NCBI RefSeq assembly: GCF_964188315.1
Contig: NC_135665.1
Location: 34,596,001 to 34,660,000, forward strand
DNA from: Podarcis muralis
Taxonomy: Eukaryota
DNA length: 64,000 nucleotides
Direction: 5' to 3'
Shown: positions 13,402-26,595 of the stretch, piece after piece
How the letters are laid out: each line of letters starts with the position of its first letter
Position numbering within the stretch: the first letter of the stretch is position 1
The notes under the pieces: model-generated
Database searches by the model: none
Seen by the model: only the letters and a program-made list of their open reading frames with translations
What the model was told of the DNA's origin: nothing
Made by a program: the position numbers and the translations under genes

Positions 13402-13530
13402 GGCCATGCATTCCTAATCCCTGCCATAATGGTGGAATATGTGAAATTAGTGAAGCCTATAGAGGAGACACATTCATAGGCTATATCTGCAAATGCCCAG
13501 AGGGGTTTAATGGGATCCACTGCCAGCACA
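13402..13530 (+). CDS. EDIL3: EDIL3/Del-1 internal coding exon (EGF-like domain 2 with RGD; equivalent to human exon 4 by recall)
   Basis: Acceptor tctttcAG (13400-13401), donor GTaagt (13531); 129 bp, phase 1-1. Translates (G)[42 protein letters not shown](N). RGD at 13461-13469 in the characteristic EAYRGDTF loop. Confidence 0.97.
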
Positions 13531-14856
13531 GTAAGTTTCAATATAATACTTTCTTCTTCTGCCCCTTTAGAACTACAATGCAATTCAGAGGTCACCGAGT
13601 TTTGGGGGCCTGTGGGCACCTTTGCAAACCAGAGAAAATGCTGTGGGCACCACACACACACTCTAAACAAGGACACACTGCAACCTAATGCTTCTTTCAA
13701 GCCTAATTTCAGTGGGAAAGGGGCAGTGGAGAGAATCCTGTGCACCAAGTAATGACACATTGGTGATACAACTCCTATCCTACAAAGAGGTATGCTGGTA
13801 CAATTTTATGGACTTCAGCCAACAGCTTTGGAAAACTATTACAGTTTTGATTAATCTTCTTCATATATTGTGGTAAGGTTGGCTATCAGTCTGAGGAGCT
13901 TTAAGAAAAGTGACTGGTAGGATTCCTCTATCCATGGACCTCGTGGACTTACAGGGTGGTGGCAAGCTAAACAGCACTATGTGGCTCAGTGCAGCCACTA
14001 CTTTAATGCCTCACAATGCCCCAGATTGATGCTTAGTCAGGGGTAGTTAGGGAATTAGCATAGCTCCCAGTGCTGCTCAGACAGCCAGGCTATAACCATT
14101 TTTAAATGGGTGCCACAGAACATACATCAGCAGTGCTCTGGTAGGACTCACTGGAACCTTGGTAGCTGTCCAAAGGTGCCAAGTGCTGATTCTGGTCATC
14201 ACCTTGTGGCCGTTCAGACTTGTATCCTAGTTGTTCAGAAGGGCTCAATTTTGAATTCAGGATGGTGGAGGAGGGGAGAGACCTAATGATTTCTTCTTCT
14301 TCCTTAGTATGTGTTTTTTAAGCACACACACAGAGAAGAACTTGATTCCTTGTCATAAAATAAAGATGAGCTGAATTGGGTGTCAGAAAAGTGGAATGTG
14401 GCCGGATTTGCCGTAGGGCTCGTGGTTTCGTCTTGATGTTGTCAGCAGTTCATTTGGTTAATGATAGCTGGAGATGAAAAGGGTTGTAAAAAGCAGATAT
14501 TTATGCTAATAGGTTTTCCCCTATATTCGCTCTTTCAACCCATTTTAATACCAGCCTGAGACAGGTGCTCTTAGTCATGTTATTTAATTCAATAGGAAGA
14601 CTTTCCTGAGGGCTTTATTAATGAACACACTGGATTTAAAAGCAATGGGCTTCTAACATTTAGGCTGAAGGCACAGCATTCATTTTACCTACAATTTGTT
14701 ATAACTGCTTGGGAAAATATCTATTAAATTATGAATTAGACTCCTACCACCACCACATTTTCTCATGATTTTGGGATTAAAAAAATGAAGGACTTTTAAT
14801 GCTTGTTTTCTCCATGTGAGCAATGCTAGGTCTTCCCCATCATGGAAGGCTTAGAG

Positions 14857-14990
14857 CAGGGATGGAGGACATGTGGCCCATCAAATATTATACTACAGCT
14901 CCTACCAACCTCAGACAGCATGGCCAATGGTCAGGGACGATGGGGGTTGTAGTCTAACAACGTTTGGGGACTACAGATTTCTCATTCCAG
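14857..14990. mobile_element. Older hAT-type MITE related to the 265-400 family
   Basis: cagggatgg... start; degenerate TSD gcttagag/acttagac (6 of 8); about 134 bp with a similar interior. Confidence 0.6.
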
Positions 14991-15389
14991 ACTTAGACAA
15001 CACAGAAGCAAGAAGCAAGACATGAACCCAGTTTTGTCTCTCAGCAAGAATGGCATAGACATGTGGAAACCACTGACTCCACCAGGATAAAACAAGTCCA
15101 GTGACACCTGGTGACTAAAGCATATATTGAGATGATCAACGCACATTTTTAAAATGTGAAAAGTTTTATACCTGTCTATCCCCTATACAAATGAGTCTTT
15201 CAAAGAAGCTTGTAATTAAAAACTAAATATAAAAGCAATAGTAACCCAATCATGAAAATCCAAGTTAATAAAGCCAAAAGCAGCCAAAAACAAAAAAACA
15301 CACTGGACAGTACTAACAATCAATGCATTAAGCAACAAGATTCAAAAATACAAAAGGGGAAATTGTCAGTTGCTAGAAGTGGAAAAGAA

Positions 15390-15640
15390 AAAGAGAACCT
15401 AACCTCCTGAGGTGGGCAGGTCTACATATGAGGTGCCACCACAGAAAAAGTCTTCTTGTATGTTGCCACCAACCTGTCTCTTCTAAGACATGCAAGAGAG
15501 GCAAAACAGCTGACAAACATGTAACCGTAAAAGGTGTTGGGGCTTCAAGTAGTCTGGTCACAAGCTGTTTAGGGCTCTATATGTGATAGCCCTTGGATTG
15601 GTAGCCAGTGCTGCTGATACGTTTATGGGGTCACATGATC
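15390..15640 (-). mobile_element. Decayed L2-type LINE fragment
   Basis: Antisense L2-like ORF2/3' sequence (gaggtgccaccacagaaaaag..., ctgtttagggctctatatg); boundaries approximate. Confidence 0.45.
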
Positions 15641-18018
15641 CCAGATTCTTGCCCTTGTTAAGATTTTAGCAGCAACACTACACCTCAGTTGTTTCAAAAC
15701 CAGACCTGAATCCAGGTTGAAATCTGTCTAGTTAATCAGTTTCATTTGGGATTCTTTGAATTGGGTCACCAATAAATGCTTAAGCATCGTATTAAAAAAT
15801 GGAGTATTGGGCACTGACTTATGATTCTTCAATACAGCAGAATCCAAAGATTGCTGCTTTAAAAGACAAACTATTGCCATTTGTAGACAGGACAGAATAG
15901 AACCCTTAAGGAGAATTCAAGATTTTCACCACACAATCAGCTAGTCCTTCTCTGGATGGGCAAAGGTCAAGTACATATTTGAACAAGCTTCCTGGTACAA
16001 GGATCCTGTCCAAGTTGCTCCCCAACTACTGTGGACCTTGATGTAAAGGACCAGTAACTACCCAAAAAGCTCCACTTGCTGATTATGTGCAGATAAATTA
16101 GATAAATTAGCCTTTTATCACTACCATCTTTGGAATAGATGTGAAAGTAGACTCTAGCTGTGTTCAGTCAGATTCATAACGGGTCTGCTTCTCTTGCAAC
16201 TAGTTATCTCTTACCCATTTCATTGCCAACAAATTATCAGAAAACTGGAAAACCGCAATGTGTTCAAATGGACAAATATAATGTGTTGGTCAATTATGGG
16301 AATTGCTGATGTAGCTTGCTTCACACAACCATAGTTTCTCACAACTATCAGGATTGTATTTAAAACAAAAACGGCCCACTTTATATTCTTAATTTTAAAA
16401 GAATATTATAGAAATAGAGTTGTCAGAGCAAAGGGAAGCTAGGCAATCCTGTAGTAACTTCAAAGTGAACATGTACAGTACCATTTTTATTACCAATGAT
16501 TCTTTATTTTTGCCTCCCCCACCCCCAATTTCTTAAGAATATGCGTACCTTTTTCAGAAGCAAATATCACACAACACCATTTTTTTTTCAACTAGGAGAA
16601 TATCTGCACTATCTCTTACAGTAGACTGGTATTTAGAAAATCAATACTGTACTTAAAGAGGAACTATGATAACACATTGACACTGTAGGTGCAAAATTTA
16701 AGCTATAATCAATATTGTGAAGTACTGCACCCCAGTCATTCTTGGGTTCCTTTGTTTTTTCAGTTGAAACATTCCAGCATACATTACCTTGACTAACGGA
16801 GTGATTATGCTTTGATTGGATACCACAACTCTCTGTCAGCTACTAACAAGAAATTTCATTTATCTAATATAAATGTATCCAAAATGTAAATAAATGAACT
16901 TCAGGCTATATTTGTAGCATTTTAGAAAGCTGAACTCCTTTCCTAAATGCATCAACAGAGAGTAATCTAGTTGATTAAACACATTCTCCAGAGTGGTGCA
17001 TGTTTTTGTCCAATTCGTTGCTAACAAATTTATATAGGCTTATAAAATATCTCCTCCTTGCTTCCTTGTCTGTGAACTCATTGGAATTCAGGTATGTGCT
17101 CTGCTGAAACTTATGCTGTGTGCAGAAGCTGAGTGACCTCATTCCAAAGCAAGTGGCTTCTTCTGGAATTCAGATTGCTGAGTGTCGACCTGTAATTTAG
17201 TTTATCTCAAATTGTAATATCTAATATTATCCAACCAAATCAATTAAACTAGATAATTAGAAAACCTATCACACAACACTGACAAAATCATGCCAACGAA
17301 TCTCAAAATGAATATTTCTGTGATTCCCTGACATTTGGTTCATGTACTGGATCATGTACACAATTAATATGTAAATTGCAGAGCATATCACTATTAATTT
17401 TTACTGAATTCATATGCTAAGCTTGACAGCTGTGGCTTATTATTAATGTTTCAATATCCCTCAAAAGCGCCTGATGCTTCATTGGTGATACCAATAGGCA
17501 CATATTCTCTATGCCACTGTGAGGGGTCATAAATTGAACTGCAATTAGTATGGGTGGGAAAGAAATCCCAGATGCCTCAAATGCAGTTGCTAATAATGTG
17601 ATATAATTTAGCACTGAGCTGTGAAACAGTGTGCAGATGAGAACCCATGCTGATTTCTACCATTATCAGACCTTGTGTAACAGATGCATTGTTCTAGACA
17701 CACCCTGAGGTATTAAAGGATTCCTAGGTTTTCAAAACAAGACTGCTTAACCACCTCATTAAAGGCTATCTTGCAACTGTACAATTCTCTGCTTCCCAGA
17801 ATTTTATTCCTCACATTTTGTACCCCATGATTCCTCCAAGGAGCTCAGGAAGAGATATGTGGGTACACCCCATTGTTTGGTTCACAATAAAACCCTGTAA
17901 GGCCTAGGATCACCCTGTGAGAGGGAATGTCAAATGCAGGTCTTCCCCAGTACAAGTCCATCACTCTAGCCACATAACCAATTTCCCTCAACTTTTTAAG
18001 TGGAATTGGCATACGGTA

Positions 18019-18279
18019 NNNNNNNNNNNNNNNNNNNNNNNNNNNNNNNNNNNNNNNNNNNNNNNNNNNNNNNNNNNNNNNNNNNNNNNNNNNNNNNNNN
18101 NNNNNNNNNNNNNNNNNNNNNNNNNNNNNNNNNNNNNNNNNNNNNNNNNNNNNNNNNNNNNNNNNNNNNNNNNNNNNNNNNNNNNNNNNNNNNNNNNNNN
18201 NNNNNNNNNNNNNNNNNNNNNNNNNNNNNNNNNNNNNNNNNNNNNNNNNNNNNNNNNNNNNNNNNNNNNNNNNNNNNNN
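18019..18279. other. Assembly gap (261 N)
   Basis: Run of n characters. Confidence 1.
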
Positions 18280-18299
18280 CCCATGCAGAACAATGAAAT

Positions 18300-18370
18300 T
18301 GAAAAACTACATAAAACTACATGAAAACTACATGAAAACTACATAAAACCACTACAAAACTACATAAAAC
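18300..18370. repeat. 11-bp minisatellite (AAAACTACATR) next to the gap
   Basis: aaaactacat(a/g) repeated about 6 times with decay. Confidence 0.75.
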
Positions 18371-18859
18371 ATTCAAAAACCCCTAAAAACTCTAAAACCC
18401 CATTTTAAAATACACTATACTATAGAGACCCCGTATGCTGAGTTTAGAACCAGAATTGCATTTATTTATTTTATAAAAGTTATATAGTGCTTGATTGGAG
18501 AAAAAACCTCCAAGTGGTTCATGAATGATCAGTGAGCTATACCCCATCTAGGACAATGATACAATTCTCACATAGGCAGTCCAAGATGGTAGGCCTGCTC
18601 TTGCTTATCTACAGTTCCTAACCTAAAGCAACTACTCACCAGCAATAACATGCCATATAACAGAACTCCAAATACAGGGGCCAGACCTGCAACAAGTCCA
18701 AATGCCAACTCTGTACCTAAATCCACACTGGCAACGCTGTCACAGGTCCTGTTAACAGCAGCCACAACCATTCACCTGCCCATCTTCCAAGTTTGTAAGT
18801 GGTTTCCTATATGGTAGTGCCCCTCTGCTTCCTACATCAGTTTCAGCAGAACAGCAGCC

Positions 18860-19150
18860 TCTCTACTGATGCTGAGCTGGACAAGCTTATTGGCAAGGCA
18901 GCTACAGCAATGTAGGTATGGGAGAATGTGATGCTAACATCCAATACCAAGGCAAAGGTCTACCAGGCATGTGTTTAGCACACTGCTTTATGAAAGTGAG
19001 TTGTGGGCAACTCACAACCATCTGGAGCAACCTCTCAGCACCTTCCACATGCATTGTGTCACGAAGATTCGGTGTATCACATGGCGGGACAGATTTATTT
19101 TTTTTAAAAAAAGATGTGCTCTCCCAAGCCCACATTCCCAAGATATACAC
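18860..19150 (+). mobile_element. Decayed RTE-clade LINE fragment (post-RT region)
   Basis: Reads DAELDK.IGKAATA...KVYQAC..STLLYESE.W...FH..C..KI..ITWRD across frameshifts. Confidence 0.7.
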
Positions 19151-19586
19151 AGTTTTCCTATAAATATTCATTGACATTTTTCAGTCACTAGATCAATTAC
19201 AGTTTATTATACATCATATTGATTCAAGCAAATGACAAGTAATATAATGGATAATCTCAATGTTCTATTTTTTTTAAAAGATGTAGTTAACTTGTAGACT
19301 GTTGCCTCACCATTCCAAAAGAACAAAGTCTTTGAAAATATTATCTGGCCCCAAAATAACAACTAAGCAAGACATGGCATGCATTTAGAGATAGACAAAC
19401 AGATCTCTTTCCATTGTCTCTTTCTGCATTAGTCTATAAATATGTAAAAATCAGCTTGAAAATCTAAATATGCATTTGATATGCACATTTTAATGCAGTT
19501 TTATATGCTTAAAAAAAAACCCAAACTGTGTTGCAATGAAAACTTAGAATTAGTTCAGTTTCTTAAAAAAAAAAAGTTTCTCATTG

Positions 19587-19800
19587 ATCATAGAAGTTTA
19601 GCGTTAGAATCGACTCCAAGGGTTGTCTAGTCTAACCTCCTGCAATGCCGGAATCACAGCTAAATAATGCCTAACAGATGGCATCCAACCTCTGTTGAAA
19701 AACCTTCATTGAAGAAGAGTTCACCACCTTCCAAGGTAGTCCATTCCTCTGGCAAACAGCTCCTATTGCCAGAAAGTTGTAATGTTTAGGCTGCATCTAT
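19587..19800 (-). mobile_element. CR1 LINE 3' end
   Basis: Minus strand ends ...ttctatgat (CR1 tail); upstream encodes degenerate R(A)V.QW..LP..VV.S.S..VF..RLD.HL motif. Confidence 0.75.
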
Positions 19801-19867
19801 TTTCTTATAATTCATTGGGCTAGTGTGTTGTGCTTTGTATGGGGCTAACATTGAAGTTGGTCTAAAG

Positions 19868-20183
19868 CAGGGGTCAGCAACCTAAGGCCCATGGGCCACA
19901 AGCAGCCCATAGTGGTTGTTTAACCAGCTCATGGATCCCCGCCGCCTGCTAGGTCGGCTCCCGTGCACCGCACTAAACCCCCTTCCACGATGTAGGCGGC
20001 TTCCCAGTGACTGCAGGAAGCTCCTGCAGCCAATGGGAAGCCAATGGGAAGCTGTGCACGCCTCCTCCACACCAGAAGGAGTGCTGTAAATAGTGTTTGT
20101 GTGTGTACACACGTGCTCCAGCCCACCGCAGTGTCTGTGGGACCGTGAACCATCCCAAGCCACAAAAACTTTGTCAACCCCTG
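19868..20183. mobile_element. hAT (Charlie-like) MITE, 316 bp
   Basis: TIRs caggggtcagcaa / ttgtcaacccctg; perfect 8-bp TSD gtctaaag (19860-19867, 20184-20191), matching the NTCTARAN preference of Charlie elements. Confidence 0.88.
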
Positions 20184-20264
20184 GTCTAAAGGCTACACCT
20201 AAAGCAGAATGTGACTACTAGGTTGCTGAGTGGGGCAGCCTGATAGGACCATGTGTCACTGAAA

Positions 20265-20375
20265 GTTCTGCACTGGCTGCCAGTGAGCTGTCAAACCCAG
20301 TTCAAGGTGTTAATACCAGCATACAAAGCTCTAAATGGCTAGGAATCCAAATACCTAAAGGAATAACTCTCCCAG
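20265..20375 (+). mobile_element. L2-type LINE ORF2 fragment
   Basis: ctgcactggctgccagtg...cagttcaaggtgtta...tacaaagctctaaatggc = LHWLPV..QFKVL..YKALNG. Confidence 0.7.
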
Positions 20376-23300
20376 TATCAACCAGTATCTGAACAAAGCC
20401 AATAAATATGGACTAAAATTAGGATGTTTTCATGAAATCAAACATAACAGCATCAACAAATCTTTTTAGATAATGAATATCAGCCGTACAATTTTGACAA
20501 GAATTGTATATTTATTTTTTGTTTGCATCATCCATATATCTGCTGAGGTAATTCACTGTTGCATTTATATCCCAATCATCTTCCAAGGCGCTCAGGGAAA
20601 TGTGCATAAAGTTAATTTATTTCCCTCCTCACTCATCATGATACCATTGTAAAAAGGAAAGCAAATCTGAGAAATAGTAATTTACTTGCCCAGGGCCACC
20701 CAGAGTGGCTGTGCAGAAATTAGAATCCAGCTGTATGAGGTCCAGTTCCAATTCTAACAATGTAGCACTACATGAATTCAGGAACTTCTGGGTTTTGTAT
20801 ACTTCACATTCTGAAGGTAGCGGCTTTAAACGCTTCAAACTTAAGTAAATAATTCTCCAAAATCAGCATTATATAGCAATCCTCCGTTAAAGGAAGAAAT
20901 TGTTATTTCCACCAATAGGGGTTTGCTTGGAGAAAGGCTCACACAATAGACCAAATGCTGGTTTATATGCTAATTCTCATTTTTATCACTCAGTACAGCA
21001 CACTTATCATAAAGTGTGTAACTTATGTAAATATTTTCAGTTTTTCTCCAGATTATTTATTCAAACAAGCAAAAGCTATTATCTGAGCCCTGAGCGTATT
21101 TTATTTTTCTCTGTTATCCGTTTCCTTCAATTTCTTAGAAAGTATAAGTTTTTCTCCAGTTCTCTTTCAAAAAGTGGCTTGTTTTCTTCCTTTGAAATAA
21201 AGAGTGAAAAAGCCATTTTATATTGAATCAGCACAATCTCTCCCTTTCCTCCCCAGAACTTCAGAGAGAAGGAAATGTTTATTGCTCTTTTTTGTCTCTC
21301 CAGGAGACCCTTCAGGTTCAGACAGCTTTTTGAAAATGACCTATTGGCCATTTGATTCTCATGAAACGCCTTGACTTCTAAATTTGGAGGTTGCTGGTAA
21401 CCTTAATGTCTGTGTCATGACACAGTGCGCAACACTGTATCAGTAGAGGAAAACAGAGACTAATTTAAGACAAAATAAAAGAGAGACTGAGCCTAGTTTA
21501 TCTGAAGAAAAAAGAAATCTGATTCAGCTGCACATAATTTGGCAAAGCTATTATATTTAAATATGGGGAAAGTATTTCAACTTTCTGCAATTTCTGTTAT
21601 TGAAATTCAAGTGATAGTTGAAAAGCTGCTCCATCTTGCATTTCAGCTGGACTCTTGCATGTGAGCCACCCAGTTATTGTTGAAAGGGAAGTGCAAGCTT
21701 GGCGCCAGTGTACATATCACATGAGTCCTGTTGGGATTGATCATAGCTAAGTGGTAGAACATAGGCTTTGCATGAAAGGGGTCACATTCTCAATATCTGG
21801 TACCTTCACCAGGGTGAAAGCACTTTGCTTGAGCTGAGATCCTGGAAAGCTGTTGCCAGTTAGAGCAGACAAAACTGGACTAAATGGGCAAATTGACCTG
21901 GTGGAAGACAGCTTCTTGTGTTCCTGTGGAGGCCAGTTGAAACTAATGCATGGTATGTTCAACCACATCATGACATAAAACTGCCCATGTGATGCAAACA
22001 ATCCTGGTTACAATCCAGGCTACACCTACCATGTGCAGAAGTTGCCATGTGGAATTCATTTTAACCATTATCCATGTTGCTATTATAAAGAATTGTTGCT
22101 CTGAGTTCTTGGCTTAATCATCAAGCAATTAAAAAGATACTGAAACTTCTAACCAGAAACAGCGTGATAGAAGAAATGCATGTCCATCAGATTATGCCAA
22201 TCAGTCATGCTCGTCATTGGTGCTAAATAAAAATATGCAAATTACCCCATGATGTATTTTTAATGCAGCCCTTTGGACTGAGCAGATGGCTTAGATTGTA
22301 TGGTTTGGCTGTTTCCACCCCACTATCCCCAACCTTTCTTTCTCAGTGTTGAGCTTGTCTCACTTTCCTTTTGATTACCTTATGATGATAAATTGCCATT
22401 TTCAGAAGTAATCAGAATAAAAGGTCCACTTCGTCCAACATTCCATTTTTAACAGAAGGTAGTGAGATGCTCCTGGAAAGCTTACAAGCAGAACATGAAA
22501 ACAACTGAACACCCCTGCTGTTTATCTCTGCACTTCTGTGGGAATGGGTCAGTTGGATGAATCTGGTGTTCATAAGTACATTGCTTCTGAAGGTAGCTTA
22601 ACTGCTGTTGTGATCTCATCTCCCACAAGACTTTAGCATTTAGGAAACAGGCTTATTGAATCTATTCACATTATCATCTGAGGGCAGTCCTATAAACATG
22701 AGGGCTTTCACAACGAGACATTCTTATGTCTGTCCTTGTGCAGAATGAAGGCTTTATTGGAATTAAAAGGTTTGGGGGGGAGACAAATTTAAGCTTTTTC
22801 CTTTCTTTTAATAAAAGGTTTGTCAGAGAATTTTGCTGGTTTGAAATGTAGCTAAGCATCTATTATACACAAGGGGATTTAAAATGATATTTGCTAAAGG
22901 ATGATGGCTTTATAATCTTGCCGGAATTGAGTTTACCTTCGGCATTAAGGCATCTCCAAATGTATTCTGTGTGAACCTTTCTTGTACTGACAGGCCAGTT
23001 TGTGCACAAGAAATATAACCAACAAGTTTCATGAAGTTTTCAGAGTTTAATTTTGTTTGTTTTTTTAACCCAATATATGCTCCTGCAGAACAACTAGTAT
23101 ATGCTATTAGAGAAAACTGCAGCACATTCCTAGGCATGTATACTGGGAAGCAAGTCCCACCATGTGCAATGGGACTCTCTCAGGTAAGGGCTTAGCCACA
23201 CTTTTGCCCTGCTCTTTCCAGGTACAGGTTTTCTTAGGGAAAATGGAGCTTTAACTTATAGATCTTGCCTGGAAAGAGCAGGTGAAAGGTAAGTGTGCAG

Positions 23301-24663
23301 AAACCCTTAGGGTACAGCTTAAGGCTGAAATCCTATAACCACTTTTGCACAGAGATCGTTTGGATCGTACTGTACAACTTTGACAGGTAGTATTTGCCTG
23401 CATTGTGTTCCTTCCTGTTACCTGTAACATAGAATACTTTTTAAATAATGTGACCTGCACCTGGTTGAAAATTTTACTTGCACAAGAAAACTATGTTCTC
23501 TTGGAAAAGTGCTTATTCTGCCTGTAGACTGAAATGTTCTTGTAATTTTGAACGATTCCTCTAATGACTTTTAACTTTCTTTCATATGACCTTTTAAATT
23601 GTTTTTTCAACAACACTAGTAGTAGTAGTAATAATAATACAATCTGTTAAAGTACTGGTTATATATATACAGTCACTTTTGGTAATCAGGTTCAATAAAA
23701 ATGATGGGAATTCTTTCCCTGGAAGCATACTTTTAAAGTGTGAAATTACATGGGAAATAAGTTAATTGCATTACTAAGAAGCCTATCCCAGTATATATTA
23801 AAGGTAATTAAAATGGGGGGGCCAATTATCAACTCTCTCCATATCAATGAGAAAGTTTTAATTTTCAGCCAAGATTCACTCTCTTCAGGCAAGATCCAAT
23901 TCTAGTAGATGGGGGTGGGGGGGGGCGGTTTGCTTCAGACAATGTTTCATTCATAGGAATGGGTCCTCATGTTATTCCATGTTGAAAGCTGTCACCTTTG
24001 AAGGACTTCATACTATGTGACCTTTATAGGGAGGAAGAGCTACGTTGACCTCTTTTAGGATTTTCCATATAGCTGGCAAATTCTGCCCTGAAGTAGATAT
24101 CATTTCCCACAGAGTAAGGGCCTACTGTGAAGGTGATATTGACTGAACTGCAACTCTTCTAGACTAGACACTGAAGAAATAGCTTTACAGTACTTTTCAG
24201 AGCTGTGTGCAATCCCATGGATCAATTTCTATCAATTTTAAGTGAAGGACAGGAGATAGTAAAGGACTGGCTCCCTTAGTGGAAGTGAGTGAATATTTCT
24301 TATTTAAAACATTATTGTCTTCGTTTTGGAAATACAATAAAAATGCAGCCAATGGATCAAAACACTCAACAGGGTTGAAACAGCTACATCTATTGCCATA
24401 TCTTGATACTGTGGGACAAAGTATAGTGTCTAAGTTTCTGCAGCCATCAATTATGCATTCTCCTGTTCCAGTTATGGCTTATGTCAAAATCTCATAATGC
24501 TCTTTTATGTCACATCAGTTTCAATGAAAGTGGGTTGATCATATAGCTGTCTTCCACTGAAACTAACTGAGGTGTTAAAGTGTCTTAATTTGAATACATT
24601 GCATCCTTAATTGTGTATTTGAAAGGGAGGGAAAGGTATAAGAGTTTCAACAGTGTTAAAATA

Positions 24664-25016
24664 AGGTAAAGGTAAAGGTACCCCTGCCCATACGGGCCAG
24701 TCTTGACAGACTCTAGGGTTGTGCGCCCATCTCACTCAAGAGGCTGGGGGCCAGCGCTGTCTGGAGACACTTCCGGGTCACGTGGCCAGTGTGACATCGC
24801 TGCTCTGGCGAGCACACGGAAACGCCGTTTACCTTCCCACTAGTAAGCGGTCCCTATTTATCTACTTGCACCTGGGAGTGCTTTCGAACTGCTAGGTTGG
24901 CAGGCGCTGGGACCAAGCAACGGGAGCGCACCCCGCCACGGGGATTCGAACCGCCGACCTTTCAATCAGCAAGCACTAGGCGCTGAGGCTTTTACCCACA
25001 GCGCCACCCGCGTCCC
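24664..25016 (-). mobile_element. Sauria SINE, full length, young; 164 bp upstream of the EGF3 exon
   Basis: Tail (aaaggt)n at left, head ...cccacagcgccacccgcgtccc at right; 13-bp TSD cagtgttaaaata (24651-24663, 25017-25029). Confidence 0.95.
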
Positions 25017-25180
25017 CAGTGTTAAAATAGTTTATGCCTTATTGCATTCTTCAGTGAAAAAATGTTTGCTAGCCGTACTTACCATACACAATCTCACAAA
25101 GTGTCTGACTTTCTTATTGTGTAAAATGCAAATGTTATATTGAATATCTGTCTAATATTGTCACTGGGCATTCCCCACAG

Positions 25181-25294
25181 ATGTGAACGAATGTGAAGCT
25201 GAACCCTGCAAGAATGGTGGCATTTGTACAGATCTGGTAGCTAACTATTCATGTGAGTGCCCTGGCGAATTTATGGGAAGGAACTGCCAACACA
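25181..25294 (+). CDS. EDIL3: EDIL3 internal coding exon (calcium-binding EGF-like domain 3)
   Basis: Acceptor ccccacAG, donor GTaagt (25295); 114 bp, phase 1-1. (N)[37 protein letters not shown](K). NYS sequon at 25243-25251; C-x-D-x4-Y-x-C cbEGF motif. Confidence 0.97.
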
Positions 25295-26249
25295 GTAAGT
25301 ACAAATTACTATGTATGAATTTAAACTCCACTCTTTCTGTTGTAAAGTATTTAAATGAAGATGGTTTAAAAATGGCTGTGGCGTGTCTTCCAGTCAGAGC
25401 TTTGCTTGATGCCTATCTTCTGTAATGCTTCGTTCAAAGCTGCTCTCATCCCAAATCTCTTGCCATTATGCAACTAAGCCAGGCTAGCATCAAGGGATTT
25501 TCTCCATGCCATTCTTTATTGCTTCCTGTTTACTCTGTCTTCCATTTCCACTCTTTCTGAATTCCATTTTAAGAAGAGACTTTTTATAATCAATTTCAGA
25601 AACAGAGCTTTCTGTGAGGTTTGCTTTCAGTGTATTTGTGGCTTCGTTGCATTATCCTGTTCTGAGTTCATTCCTGATGAAAAGAAGGCAAAATATTGGT
25701 TTATTAAATGATTCCCAAAATGTCTTTCAGGGCACATAAGTTCTCTCAATGTGGAGTACAATGGAATAATTATGAATAATAATAATAGCACAATAATATA
25801 AGCATGCAATTAAAACTATGTTACACTTCCTTAAAACCAAGCAGTTAATTAAAGTTCTTTAAATTCCTCTTCTGTACTTTTTCCTGGGGGGCAAAACTCC
25901 ATAGGTGTGAAGTGACCAATGAAAAGATAAAAATCACATAATAAATGAGTGCACTGATAGAATGCAAAAAACAAAAACAGAAAAGCCTTGAATAAAATGT
26001 ATACGATTACATCAAGGTGCATGGGTTTGTTTGTGGTTTTAACAGTATTGCGTGGTAGTTTATTTATTTGTTTGCAATGGGTTTGATTCAGAAATATACA
26101 TGTTTAATAGGGCTGATGAAAGGTGTTCCTCTACAGTTCTAGGGACCCTGATGAATGAAGTGGCTATGGCATGTGGGACTGAGGAAGGAGGTCAGGTAGA
26201 GACAAGCTCCACCTGTGGGCATGCCGCTCATGCATGTTGCCTCCACCTA

Positions 26250-26595
26250 CCGTGTTTTTCGCCCCATAGGGCGCACCGGCCCATAGGACGCACCTAGTTT
26301 TTTTGGGGGGGGGGGGAATAAAGAAAAAATAAAGAAAATAAAGGAAAAAAAATTATTTCCCCCTCCAGCCCCCAGAACAGGCTGCTATCCGCAAGCCGTG
26401 GGAAATCTGTGCGACTTCACGCAGCTCTCCCACGGCTAGCGGAGGGCTGCGCGAAGCCTGGAGAGTGAGAGGGGTCGGTGCACACCCTCGCTCTCCAGGC
26501 TTCAACGAAAGCCTGCATTCACCCCATAGGACACACACACATTTCCCCTTCATTTTTGGAGGGGAAAAAGTGCATCCTATAGGGGGAAAATACCG
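26250..26595. mobile_element. Tc1/mariner (Tc2-like) MITE, short copy
   Basis: TA | ccgtgtttttcgcc ... ggaaaataccg | TA; subterminal ccataggacgcac motifs shared with 54355-55663; internal hairpins at about 26395-26437 and 26454-26502. Confidence 0.8.

Noticed and set aside
13341-13688. ORF-track extensions around EDIL3 exons (also 25183, 38042, 56671)
   Set aside because: The portions outside the AG/GT boundaries are intron read-through; only the spliced segments match EGF or discoidin motifs.
17917-18324. ORFs spanning the N run
   Set aside because: Artefacts of translating an assembly gap.
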